DNA of 64,000 nucleotides from Lama glama (Eukaryota), in assembly GCA_028534125.1 (NCBI GenBank), contig CM052817.1, positions 30,072,001 through 30,136,000 on the forward strand, in the 5' to 3' direction. The first letter of the stretch is position 1; each line of letters starts with the position of its first letter. Positions 26,785-40,849 of this stretch are shown here, one piece after another. Under the pieces are notes generated by a model. It worked only from the letters and a program-made list of their open reading frames with translations. It made no database searches and was not told the DNA's origin. The translations under genes and the position numbers were made by a program.

Positions 26785-27545
26785 GTCCTTTTTTTTTTAA
26801 TTTAAGGTAGTTTCCAATGATTAAAATAATCTGTAGGATTTCAATTATTACTTGCAAATAAATTCTGATGCTAAAAATGTGATGACCATGACATTCTGAT
26901 AGTTATTAAATTCTAGACATAATGAACATCCTGTCAGGGTGACTCATAATTATTTGAATTTGTCATGCTGTAATATGTACATGGCTATAGATACTATACA
27001 GAGTAATTAGAAGCTGATTTCAAATCTCTAGTTTTTCTTCTGATGTGTGCTAAGCTTCCAATTATACTAGCAGGGCTTCTGAGCACTCAGGAAGGGAACT
27101 GATGTTGCAGATATGAAGTTCTGTTATTTAGAGGGTTTCATCTTGGAAAGACAATGTTATCTTACATTATAGTTAAGCAACAGTAGAAAATACTCCTATT
27201 TAAGACCTAAATCAAAAGGGTCCAGAAATTGTGGCATACGATCTCCATTTTCATCGCTATTAGAAGAAGAGGAAATAAATCAGGTCATCTGAAATCCACT
27301 TTAAACCAATTCCTAGGGTTAAATCTTTAAAAAAAGGCAATGGCTCTTTGGGCATGGGGTGCTTTCTGCCTGCAGTTCCATGAGTTTAGCAAATGCATGT
27401 CTCCATTAGAGGTCTATGAGCTAGATAGCTATATACATACTGTACACGTTGGTTCACAAATTAGCAGTTATTAGTCAGACTGTACATGGCAAAACAAACC
27501 AGGTTTAATGTTGCTGTACATCCCAAAGTCAACCTGTGTCTAAAT

Positions 27546-27842
<297 letters not shown>

Positions 27843-28399
27843 CTATTGAAAAATACAAGAATTAAGAGAATGTGGGTTCAGACTGCTTCTTAACATGTTC
27901 CAAACTCCAGTTCAAATTCTGAAGAAAAGTGTCTTGATAAACATCATTATCCATTAGAAGGCAGGAATTTACGGAAATAAATAAAAGGAGTTTATTGAGT
28001 CCTAAAACCACGAGGGTGAGGAAATGCCCAGAGTAAAATCAATGACACCATTTTCCTGGAGAACTATTTGTTGTTTACATGGAAACCTGATAAGCAAAAT
28101 ACCTGAATAAATGATACGACATTTTTGACTCTTACAATAGGCACTCAAGTATTTGTTGAATGAATAAATGAAATGTAGAAATAGTTTAGCAAGAAGAATG
28201 ATCATCTATAATGAATGACCTCAAATTTCAAATAAAAAATAATGTCTTTAACTTGATAACAGGATTTCTCCCCTTCATGGCAAAACCATACAGTCATGCT
28301 TTACTTAGATGGTGGGAAATTGTAACCATATATAGAGGACAGTGTAATAAATAGTAAAAACATAGAAGAAAGATGAAACACAAACTTTTAGCTTTTTGT

Positions 28400-29110
28400 C
28401 TAGCTCATGCACAACCTGTTTCTCCTTATAATACCCAGCTGAGTTCTCACCCACTCTCGTCTGGGTCAGTTTTCTCCTGCCTGGACCAAGCAGGCTTCCT
28501 TTGTGCCCTCCAACTCGGCTTGACCTCACCAATCATTAGATAAACTATAGCCACAGGGATTATTTTAAGACATAAATTGGATCACATCACTCCTCTGCTT
28601 AAGTCTCTTAAATACTATCTCATGAAACCTAGAATAAAATCAACACTTCTTGCCATGGTGTCTTTTTTTTGTCCATTATGTACGAGTCCCACTGAAATAA
28701 CTTGTATTCAGAGTACTTCTTTGTTTGGCACCTGTGGTCATGCTACTCCCTCATCTGGAATGCCTTCTGTCCAATCCGTTTTCCACGTGAGCAATCTCCT
28801 CTCAAATTTTAGTCTTGGTTAAAATGTCATTTCCTCTGAAAGGCCTTCTTAACCACTCTATCCAGTGTTGTACTGGCTCCCCATCTACACTCGTTCGTAG
28901 CACCCAGTTTAATCTCATCACAGCATTTTTCAAAATGAGGAAATTCTTTAATTGTGTGATTATCAGTCAGATAATCGTCCTTTCTTATTGGAATGGAAGT
29001 TCAGTGAAGGCTGGTACTATTTCTGTCTTGTTCACCATCGAAACTCGCATGATTCCTTTTGTGAGGGAGGCACGTAATATGTGGCCAATTAATGAAACCT
29101 GAAAATATTT
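28400..29110 (-). mobile_element. L2 fragment
   Basis: Contains gatcacatcactcctctgcttaa...ctggaatgcc...tctgtcttgttcacc. Confidence 0.65.
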
Positions 29111-30490
29111 ATTCAATAATAGTATTTAATAAAAACTGAAAAGGCATTTACCTGCAGTTCTGTACTAATATAAATACACTGCTAGCTATCTAAATGCAAA
29201 CAAAATTGAGCCTGCAACGAATTATCCAAAATAGTGAACTGTGTAAATCAGTAGATTTAGAGAACCAATTGGCCTACAACAGAATTTCGAGGATCAGTAT
29301 TTTGATTAAGAATTCCCAGAATATAGAAGTAAAATGAGATACGAAAGCCCAGGAGGCCCTGAGGACAGGCCAGGGTTTCCTGTCCTTCACGGGCATCGGG
29401 TTTCTCCCTCACCTCTTTCCCTCGCCGAGGAGGCAAACTTCCAGACCTGGCTGGAGCATAAAAGAAAAAGGGGTGAGGGATTACCAGTTTAACTTTATGA
29501 AATCGATGAAACAGCTTTCATTCAGGAATGACGCATGGAGTCTCCAGTTATAAACAAGGGTAATCCTCAAGGGTCCAACTGGTAGCAGATGACAGCTAAC
29601 ACTTTTTGAGCGCTAGGATGTGTCAGGTGGAGTGTTAGGCCTAACGGTGTCACTGGTGACAAGCTTCACTGCTGGATAAGAAGTAAGTTCTGTTATTAAC
29701 CCCATGTTACAGAATCAGAAGTGGAAGCTAAAGAGCTTTTGTGACATGACCGGGTCTCTTGTCTACTAAGTGGCTGAAAAAACATCAAACTCAAAATGTA
29801 TGTGACTTCCAAACCTCTGTTTTTAACAGCACGATATGGGACTTTATCTCTGAGGAAGCGGTATGAAACCTGCGAGTGCTTTTTCTTAAAATATTCCAAT
29901 TGAAGTTTTAATCACTAGGTCAACCTTCTAGAAGGACTCTAACCCATAAAGTCCTAAAATATAGTATTTATATTATTCTTATTTCAATTATACCTAAACA
30001 TCATTTAAAATGATAACAAATTGCCCTTATAGAGAATTTGGACCCCGGGATATTCCTTAACCTCTCCCTGCTTCAGCTTCTAGCTTTAAAAAGGGAGATA
30101 ATTATACGTAAGCCATAAACATAATACTTAAACTTCTGTGAGAATCAAATGAACTAAAGTATATTTGAACTACCTTGAAAAACATAGCCCCGTAGTGGAA
30201 ACTAGTAAGGTTTTAACTCTTTTAGAAGCTAGACAATGACTACTGGCTTATAAAATGCATAGATAATATACTTTATATCTTTGGAAGAAGACATAGACAT
30301 TGCATGAAGCAGCTTAAGGACGATTTGGTGGAAGAAGAACATATAAGTTGGGGCAGACATTTATGCAAAGAAACATAAAATGTAAAATATCCTTTAGGAG
30401 GAGGAGTCTACAGATAAAAACTCTGTATTAACTCTTACCAACATCCTTCCCACCTCCCCCCTGAATACCCTTCAATTGTACATAAATACT

Positions 30491-30631
30491 CAGGTGATAC
30501 TAAAAATATTTAACAAACTCTAGAGCAGAAGCACTAACAAATGAGAACAGATACTCTGACCAGTCTGAATGGATATCAGCTATAAATACCCAAAAGGGCT
30601 GTGCCAGTGTAGCAGCCAAACATCAGTCCTG
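30491..30631. mobile_element. Small hAT-type MITE remnant (hAT-N1_Mam-like)
   Basis: Imperfect inverted ends caggtgata.../...atcagtcctg with internal aaaatatttaacaa. Confidence 0.4.
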
Positions 30632-32741
30632 TGTAATTGTACTTTTTTTTATTCGCTTGTTTTGTTTTGTTTTACCCAATCAGTATTGGACACCATAATA
30701 AGTAGTGATGAAAGTATTCTACTAAATGTTTTTAACTTTATTGACTTAGCTACAGCGAACAAAATTTCACCTTACTTTTTCTTTGCTGTTCAAATTATGG
30801 CTTCAATTTCTGAATATCAGAAGCAGGCTTAGTACTTGATAAGATGATGGTTTTGGCTTCAAGATGTTCCCTTGGAGCTTGGAAACTTGAGTATTTTCAA
30901 AATCAGTAGTAAGGAAAGTGTAACAGCCATGACTACTATCTTTAGTCAAAACCCAGTGGTTGGCACCTATAATTTCTTCCCAATGTATTGAATGAAGGGA
31001 GGGCACCTCCATGGGACTAAACCTTCTCAATTCCTAGGCATAGCCCAGCAAAGCCTTTCTGGCTCAGAATCTTACAAAATCTCATTTTAAAAGATAATAT
31101 AACTTCCCCTTCATCCACCTGAAAATAATTACCACAAATCTACAGTAAAGCAAATTGTTCCTATCTATTTAAAATTAAAATCATGTGTATAGAGAAAAAA
31201 TACTGTTAAATTCATAGTTGACTTCTAAGAATTTGTAGCTTAATTCTAAGATCTTCTAAATCAGAGTATACAGGCAGCATATTCTATTACTGTTCTTTGT
31301 AAGACATAGATCTGATAGTAATACTACCAAAAATTTCCATACTCTAGGCCATTACTAGAAGATATTACTTTGCCCTATTCATTACTTGCTTCTATCAAAA
31401 AGAATGAAATTGATAGTTACTTACTCCAATCAAAAAGAATAAAGTTTTCTTTGAATACCATGAAAACCTCTGATCAAGCCAGCAGGCTGGATACTTGGAC
31501 CACATGATTTCTATCCCACCTGACCAATTTTACTTTATTTAATGTAACCCCTGGCTTACACTCAGTTCCTCAGAACCTGGAAGAGGAATAGTGTAAGGAA
31601 GTTTATTGCTGTGTTAACTCTTCAAACCATTACTCATTTATATTGCTAGATATTTCAGTCACCCATGTATTGGTAGCAAAAGTCGTAAGAGTCACTTAAA
31701 GTGAACAGAAACTAGCAATGCCAGCCTAAATCTGTCTACCCTCCTGTCTTCCCTAACCTGTGAATGATACCACAGTTGATCCAGGAACTAACTGATAACC
31801 AACCCACATCGGTCACCTAGTTGGATCCATTTTATACAAAATCACATCTACTGAGACATCAGTTCCCACTGCAGTAAGCACCCCTTCCATATGCTTCCAT
31901 TACCCCCTTGTGCTTGTTTCTACAGTGGCATGTAGGCTTCTTTTTTCCTTCCACTTTACTGTAAGCTCCTAGCATAGTTCCTGGCATAGCACAGGCTCAA
32001 AAAATGTTTACTTCAGGACAGATGATTGACATCTACTAGAATGATTGCTAAGATAATATGTATTAATGTATATAGCACATATAAGCATACAGAGTATTTT
32101 ATAGAATAACAATAAGTATTCATTTGATTAATAGAAACGGATCCCAACAGTGTGTTCCAAAATTCTATTATGTACTTATCCTGAAAATCCTCAATTTTAC
32201 CATTTATAGATGGAGGAAACTGGGAAATCATGAAATAAGCTCAACTGAAAAATAGTGCTGTGGAACTTCCACACGTTCGTGAGAGCTGTTTTACTTGTGA
32301 TTGGGACTCATATAAGTGGGAAGCAGGAAAACATGACTATACACTAAAATAGTAAGTGATTTATTTTTATAAATGATCTGGGGAGAAAAACTAAATTGTG
32401 CTGCTATAGGATCTATTAATGCTGTTACTTATGTGGAATGAAAAGGAAATAGAACTCATACGAATTAAAACTTTCTATTTTTAAATGACTTTTATAAGAT
32501 CCAGAATAGTCTGAGTTTGTTATTTTATTAGAGTGTCCAAATATATATTTAAAATTTCAAGTCTGGAAAATTCTTGATTAAGAAATCAAAATGTCTTACA
32601 CCATCGTGGCAAGGCAATCCTGGCTTCCTTAGAACATTAGATAAAATAATATGTTAACAAACTGAGCAAATGCTCTAGCTAAAATAGAGACAGACACCTA
32701 GTAGTGAAGTGACTTGTATATAAATAAAAATAATAATCACG

Positions 32742-32997
32742 GTAGAGGGTGGGAAGGGATAGACTGGGATTTCAAAATTGTGGAATAGATAAACAAGATT
32801 ACACTGTATAGCACAGGGAAATATACACAAAATGTTATGATAAATCAGAGAGAAAAAAATGTGACAATGAGTGTGTATATGTCCATGAATGACTGAAAAA
32901 TTGTGCTGAACACTGGAATTTGACACAACATTGTAAAATGATTATAAATCAATAAAAAATGTTTAAAAAACAAAGGACTGAAAGATTGAGCTCAAAA
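32742..32997 (+). mobile_element. Young 5'-truncated LINE-1 3' end (camelid L1-type) with 16-bp TSD
   Basis: ctgtatagcacagggaaatatac...gacacaacattgtaaaatgattataaatcaataaaaaatgtt. Perfect TSD aaaaataataatcacg at 32726-32741 and 32998-33013. Confidence 0.9.
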
Positions 32998-33245
32998 AAA
33001 AATAATAATCACGTGTTTTCAGAGTTGGAAAGAATCTCAAGAGATTGTCTCTTTGAAGAAGGAAATGGAGCTCTCATAAATATAACAGACTTTCGGAAAA
33101 CCCCAGGTTTCCAAAGTGGCAAATCTATGCTTTTTCTACATATCATGTTGCTTTTTTACAGTCATTGTGGTTATTAGAAAAACCATTACTTGTAAAACAG
33201 CAACATGCTCCCTGGTCAGATGATGTTACTGTTAACTGTCTGCTA

Positions 33246-33455
<210 letters not shown>

Positions 33456-34089
33456 CTACAAGAAACATCAATATAAAATTCATTACTGCATTCATTGGGA
33501 AAATGTTGACATTACTTGCAACAGTACCCAGCTTTCTCTAATATAAAACCCGTACGATATAGTTTAAAAATAAGAATTTAGTGTAGGAAAAAATTTATTT
33601 TTTCCTGAAGAAATGTATACTTCCATTTTTTGGTTAAAGAAAAATGTGCCCCCCGCCCCTGCCATGAATTACACTCATAGCCAAGAAGCTCAGAATTTGA
33701 GTCTCAGATCCACTAGCTGTGTACTTCAGTTAATGTTCTGGCCCAAATGGTGAACATATTTGTAGTCTATTTTCCTTCATCCTGATTCTCTACTTCTATT
33801 TCAATTTTATTTTATAATAATTTAAGTACATGCAAGCATTCTTTTGGTAAACTGCCTGAAATGCTTTGGGATCAAGGCAAGATGTTCAAATGTGATGTTT
33901 TCTATGAATTGCATGGAGTGAATCACAAAACAATGGTACATTTCATGTTAGTTTAGATATTATGTTGCTATGTCTGTGTTTTAAGTAATTTAATATCTAG
34001 CGTATTTCCAGAGAATATGCTTGTCTTGGCCAGTGTAGAACCACTGAATAAGATTTAGAAATAAAAACAATCTCAAGATGAAAATTTTT

Positions 34090-36330
34090 TTTTAATTCAA
34101 ATAAATTATGTGCTAAATGTTATGATAGGGATTGGCAGAGAAATAATGAATAAGACAAAACTATTATCTTCTTAGCTCATTTTTCAAACAGATTTGTTTA
34201 CAATAAAAGTATAATTTCATGAGGCTGCATTAAAGGAATTTATGCCAGGTACTGTAGAAACATATTGGGGTGGGGGTGGCAATTAGATTCAATTGGATAG
34301 ATCTTAAGGAATAAGTAGTTAGGGAAGGAAGGAGAGGGCAATTTAGCAGGAGAAATCAGCACATCTAATGTCATGGAGATGTGTAGAGGCATAGATATTT
34401 TGGGATGTTTGTAATGGCTCAAGGAAGAATATGAGCATGGACTTTAGATCTGTGTTCAATCTTGGATTCACCATTTGTTAAACGTGTGATCCTGAGCAAG
34501 TAACTTTCCTTGACCAATCTTCTATTTCCTCATTCTAACATAGAGATGTTCCTAGGCACATAGTAGTAAATGTATAACAAATAATATTTTTCTTATTATT
34601 CATCATGTAAACAAACATATGATAAAGATATATATTTAGACCATATTAGCTGAGCTGCTTGAAGAATTGCTTTCAACAATTCATTAAAGAGCTAAAAAAA
34701 TTAAATGATCAGATTTCTGTTTTAGAAAGATGACTGCATTACTGTAGAAGATGGATTAAAGGGAGACATAATTAGAGATAATGAGGAATAAAAAGACTCA
34801 ATGAGAAATGGCAAGGGCATGGTCTATGACATAAGTAGGAGAATGGACACCACTGGATGACTGGTGAGATCTTAAGGGACACTTCCAAGTTGGTATGTGA
34901 GATTAGGTTTTTCCATGAACTGAGATATAGATTTTAAAAAATAAGCATGGATAGGGAGGAAATATTAAATCAGTTTAGGGTATTTTATGTTTGTTTATTT
35001 TTTGTTTCACCTTTTGTAAAAGCTATGTAAAGATTGTAATGTTGTATTCATGTAGAAATGCCCAGGGAATAGGTTGGATCTATTAATCTAGAAGTTAAAA
35101 GACAGGTATGGGGTATAGTTGTAGATAATAACTGTGGAAGGTAAGATAAAGGCATGGGCTGTAGATTTGGTTATACTTCATTAATTCATACCATATTTAT
35201 TGATCAATTACTATATGCAAGGCCCTGTGCAAAGGACAAAGGATAAATGATTTATTAAAATAAACATGGTCATTATTATCATATCAATGAAGGAGTTGAG
35301 ACATAAAAAGGCAATTACAAACTGTGATAAAGGATCAAATGCAGAGGGTATTATACACAGCTACAGAGTGACCAAATCATTCCAGGTTGAGGGGAGCAAG
35401 TGTTCAGAAATTTCCTGAGGGTTGCTATGTGTGTTGAGGATGAGTAGGGCTTGTCTAGTTGGAGACAATAAGTGATGGACAGCGTGCTAGTGTTGCTGAC
35501 ATTACTAGAAATATCATCAGTAACATCGTAAAAGTGAGATTCACATAGTGAGGAGTAAAATAAAATAAGATAAAATATGATAAATTTGAATGCCTGTCTC
35601 TTTGGGGATAAACAAGAGTGGATGCTAGGGAGACCAGATCTACTCTGAACTCAGGTAAAGAATTTCAAAGAATAGAATGAATAGTAGCAGCTGTCACGAT
35701 TTGAGGAAAGAAGTTGATACTCTAAGGCCTGTTTTAAGGTCTGAAAGAGGAAAAAAAAATTGCAGACTTGGGCCTGAAATGGAGTTCTGGAGCATAACCA
35801 CAGTCAACGGTTATGTGGGGATCCTTTACAAAAAATGGAAAATTATTATCTGATCTCAAAATGTGGAGGTTACTGGTGTCCTTCAGACTCAGGACAATAA
35901 ATGGAAAGGGAATCTGATTACAGTGGATTGAGAATTAAATTGAAAGTGAGAACAAAGACGTTGTAATCAATGCTTTCAAAAAGCTTAAGTGCAGAAAAAG
36001 AGGGCTGAATCTGATGATGGCACAGTAGGTGATACAGTATCTGGAGAGGGTCTGGTTTTGCTTTTATGGTAAAATAAGTATATTAAGCATCTTCAGAAAC
36101 TTGAAGGAGGTGGTTGAAAAGGAGAAGATGGCTTAAAAGACATAAGAAGAAAACAATAACTGATGGCTCAAGGTTGAAAAAGGAACAAAGGGATCAAGAG
36201 CTGGATTGGAAGAATTAGTCTTGAGCAAGTGGAAGAACACTGGGTAAGAGAGAAGGTTCCAGAAGAACTTGGGAAGTTGTATAAACAGATTCTCTCATAT
36301 ATGGAAGGGAATAAAAATTTGAACTTGGAT
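34090..36330 (+). mobile_element. Cluster of L2 fragments with a nested MIR (about 34430-34600)
   Basis: Purine-rich L2 motifs (ttttagaaagatgact, tttattgatcaattactatatgcaaggc) and MIR core tgtgatcctgagcaagtaact. Confidence 0.55.
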
Positions 36331-36365
36331 TATTTGACTCAGCACTACATTTTTAGAATGATAAA

Positions 36366-36564
36366 GCTGTAAGTGGAGTAAGCCAGAGAGAGAATATGAT
36401 GCTGCTTAAATGTGGAGTCTAAAAAAAGGACACAGTGAACTTATCTACAAAACAGAGGCAGACACGCAGACACGCAGACATCAGAACAGACTTTCGGTTG
36501 CCAGTGGGTAAAGAGGGAGGGAAGGGATAAATTGGGAATTTAAAAATTGTTTTAATTTAAAAAA
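36366..36564 (+). mobile_element. LINE-1 3'-region fragment with early A-tail and 9-bp candidate TSD
   Basis: taagtggagtaagccag...atgtggagtctaaaaaaaggacacagtgaacttatctacaaaacaga...gggataaattggga. aatgataaa at 36357-36365 and 36565-36573. Confidence 0.75.
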
Positions 36565-38749
36565 AATGATAAAATTTTGTTGTCTAATTTCACACCTGAG
36601 GCTAAAAGTAGTGTGCAAACTTGTACAAGATCTCAGAGCAAGGTAGGCTTTGTTTTCTAATAAAGGGCTCAAACGTGGCTTGAGTATGATGTGAGTGGAT
36701 TTATTTATCTGCGAAACTTAACTCTAAAGGTCATCACAGCACGATCTACACGTAAACTGTATGTTAAATACACATCTTTTTTTCAAACATACAATAATAA
36801 TATAAATCTCTGAGTGATTATTTTTATGAGACAGACTAATACTTGCCAGTTAATAAACCTTTAGGAACTTTTTATATGCTCTTTGGATTGCCAGATAATT
36901 TAAGTGCATTTAATCAAATTTAGTAACTTCAAAAAAGAGGACTTCTGTCAGTCTGGTTAAACTGAAAGGATGCCAGTTTGGCCTATCAATAAAAACTTTG
37001 TATTTCAGGAAAATTATTGTTTTCCGCTTAAAAATTAAATGTAAGGAAAACTAAAGCAGAGGTAAATAGCATTGAAATACTTTCAGGCAGATGCACTAGC
37101 TTGGGGCACCCTACTAGATTTTTTTTAGTCTAAGGACCTGATTCTTTCCAAGGAAATTTTAGGAAACACCTCCCAAAATTCATTTGAATTATGAAAATGT
37201 ATTGAATACCCACTGATAAATTTACCATTGCAAAGTTTACCAAGTTGCAATTTACCATTGCAAAGTTTTAAAACAACTTTCCACGAAGACAAAAAGTCTT
37301 CTCATTGGTATTGCATTGCCAGATTTAATATCAGAAACTCTTTTATTATTTTATTCAATAAAACTGTCTGCAGTGTCTACTAAGGACCTGGCACTGTGCT
37401 TGGTACTCTAGCTATGGACAAGTGATTAACAACAAGCAATGTGCCTGATGTAATGTCTCCTTTGATTTAACCACTGAACTTGAACCACTTAGAACTGAAA
37501 TAATAGAAACTTTGTTAGTTGTTTTACTTCAAATTAGGTTGGAACATAAAGAATTTCGACCTGGATTTATTTTCACTGTGTGTGATCGGATATGTGGATA
37601 GACTTAAATCCAGCATTAGTTGGGAGTAGGCTATTGCTGATTTTTCAAATGAATTATCAAGCATGTGTTTTTTGCATTGATAGGTACTTCTGTTTTCCAA
37701 GTTCAGGTATAATATTTGATATGCCAAATCACAATGTCAACTTAAATGGCAGCCTCATAGAATTAAAAATAACATATCAATATATTTCTATATGGGACAT
37801 TTACACCACAAACCACTATTTATCTTTTATGACATATTTAAAAAGCATTTTATCTTCAAAAAATGTTAGTATGAAAGTACATGTGTAACTGACATAAGTA
37901 AAGGAAGTAATTGCTTATATAGAAATGAAAAAGCAGTATACTATATTGGGAATGAAAACATAAGTCAACAATAAAATGTAATGGAGATGGTGAAATAACC
38001 TAGAAAAACTAACTATAGAAAATTAATCAGATTTCCTTTAATATTTACTCATTGGTTATTAGTATGCAAAACATAGCCTATAAAATGAAATAAACCAGCA
38101 CTCTTATTAAAACTTTTATAGTTTACAAAATTAAGGAAAAAGAGCAAGACTTTTAAATTATAGCATCAATTGTTTGTATACTTAAACTGCAGTATGGTCA
38201 TAGAAATGAGGAAAAATATTTATATTCAAATAATTGAAAAAGAAAGAAAATCAGCAAGTATGTTATTCCAAATATAACGGAAGAAATATTTAGGTAGATA
38301 CGCTGTTAAAAAGAAGCCCTCCAAGTAGAACGTTTTACTACTATTAAGAATACTTTCTATCTCATTGTGATACATCCAAAGCCTCCACTTTAGGCAGATG
38401 AATAATAATCTATAGAATAAGAAAGGAAACAGCTGTTGTATCAAAGCACAAAACTCCTACTTCCTTCAGTACTTGAAACCTAAAAAAGGACACCAATAAT
38501 TCCTAAAATGTTAATCTTACAAACAAAAGGTTTTCCCCTATAGACTACACAAGCAACTTAAAACATCTAGCATTCCAGTATCTATGTTCTTATTCCATAC
38601 AACATGGGAGAGATTGCAATGCTGCCTGTTTTGTATCCAGGCAACAAAGAAGAGAGTAGGAGGAAAGTAACTTAGTCCACTGATAGGGCCTGAAATTCTG
38701 TAACAAGTAAAGTTAATACCTTCTTTCTTTTGAAAAATCCTTTTTACTA

Positions 38750-39010
38750 TAAAGCAATGTGATGCTTCAGAGCATGAACTTCATGGTCAGGCAGATCTGG
38801 GTTCAAGTATACTGACTGACTAGTTGTGTGAGCTTGAGCAAGTAAATAAATTCACTTAGCCACAGCTTCTTCATCAGAAACAAATGAGAATTAAAAAGAG
38901 ACCCTAGTTAGAAAGTTGTAACGATTACATGAGAGAGCATATGTAAAAATCTTAGTACAGTGCTGACACACAGTCAGAGCTCAGAAGGTGCTAGCAAGTG
39001 GTTTTAACGG
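38750..39010 (+). mobile_element. MIR SINE
   Basis: ctgggttcaag...actagttgtgtgagcttgagcaagt...cttagtacagtgctgacacacagt. Confidence 0.8.
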
Positions 39011-39063
39011 AAGTAATACTGCTACAAGCACTCCTAAAGGATTTCAGGCAAGAGCACACTTTA

Positions 39064-39492
<429 letters not shown>

Positions 39493-40849
39493 CTAAAATA
39501 AAAACAAACGAACAAACAAAAATCTTCTGGAAGAAAATAGTGCAAATTAACTATTATAAATGGTTATTATAATTCTTGAAGGGATGACTCTGAAATGCTT
39601 TCTTTTTTTTGGTATAAATTCCTTTTTTTCTCAAGTATTGTTGAGGTTAGAAAGACTGGTGAAACTCAAGTTGAATTTACAGTGAGGAAAGCTGGTCCTT
39701 GAAATTGACCCATTGTCTATTAACATTAATTTTTTAAAAATCCTACATAAAGCTTCGCATTAATCTGTTCACCATTTATTGAATCATGATAAGCAGTGGA
39801 CCAATTATCCACAGTAATGATCACAATGGAACTACAATTAAGAAAGTCTTCATTCTAAGTATAGTTACCTAAGTATGAAATTAATTCTGAATTGCCTAGT
39901 ATTAGTATTAAGACAGTGTCTTTCACAATGTAGCTTAGAATCTATAGAAAATAAAGCAAACAACTAAACCTCAAACCGTAAAAAAATATGAATCACTGTT
40001 TTTAAGGAATATTTTATACCTCTGTTGGTTTAAAAAACAATCTCGTTCCTTTCATTATAAAGCTTTTCTGCCTATAGTCAGGGAATCACAACACTTAAGT
40101 GACAAGAACCAACAATTCAGGAGGTATTTACAACATCAGCAGTCAAAACGTCTACAATTACCTGTTTTAGCAGACATCCAATAGAGGATTAATTATGTAC
40201 ATAGGGGATACATTAAATTGAAAGAGAATTAAATGTTGAAGAAATGTTCATTCATATATTGAAATTTTTATGTTTTATTTTTTACTTTCCCTTAGGATAA
40301 ATAAAACAGCTTTTTTCTCATCCACAGTAGAGTTAACAATTCAAAATACCAATAATTCTGTTTAATCATGAGTGAATGCATCTGGGAATATGATGGTAGT
40401 AATAAGAATGAAAGGTAGAAAAATAAATTTAACTCACCTGCTGCTGAGTCAAATTTAAAAAACACATTTACAGAAATACTGTGTTTGCATACATCAAGCT
40501 GTGAAAGGTTTTAGATTGTGAAGATGTCTTCTTTTGAGAATTTGGTACAGGAGAATAATTAAATAGAATACAAGACAGATATACCCACATACATACCCAC
40601 AAACCACAACCATATCCTACTCTAAACACACACACACACATATTTGTATCAATGCAAGTGACATATCAATATATGAAAATATATTTAACTTCATAAGCAT
40701 TCAAGGAAAAAAAGCAATAGTAAGATGCATTTTTAAAACAATATTACCAGCAAAATGTTAGTAAAACTTCAAAAGATTGATACTATTCTGGTGTTGAGGT
40801 AAATGTGGAGCGATGGACATCCTCTTCAATAGGAATTACGAATTGGTGA

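Larger units (their letters stand above)
20690..27545 (-). other. GABRA2: GABRA2 3' UTR, long form of about 6.8 kb; 3' end inferred
   Basis: AT-rich, nearly transposon-free sequence after the stop codon, running to an AATAAA at 20708-20713(-) followed by a U-rich tract. A long UTR is consistent with what I recall for mammalian GABRA2. Confidence 0.6.

Noticed and set aside
37219..37268. 20-nt direct repeat (aatttaccattgcaaagttt) with a 30-nt period, superficially repeat-spacer-like
   Set aside because: Only two units in mammalian intronic DNA; an ordinary slippage duplication, not an array.
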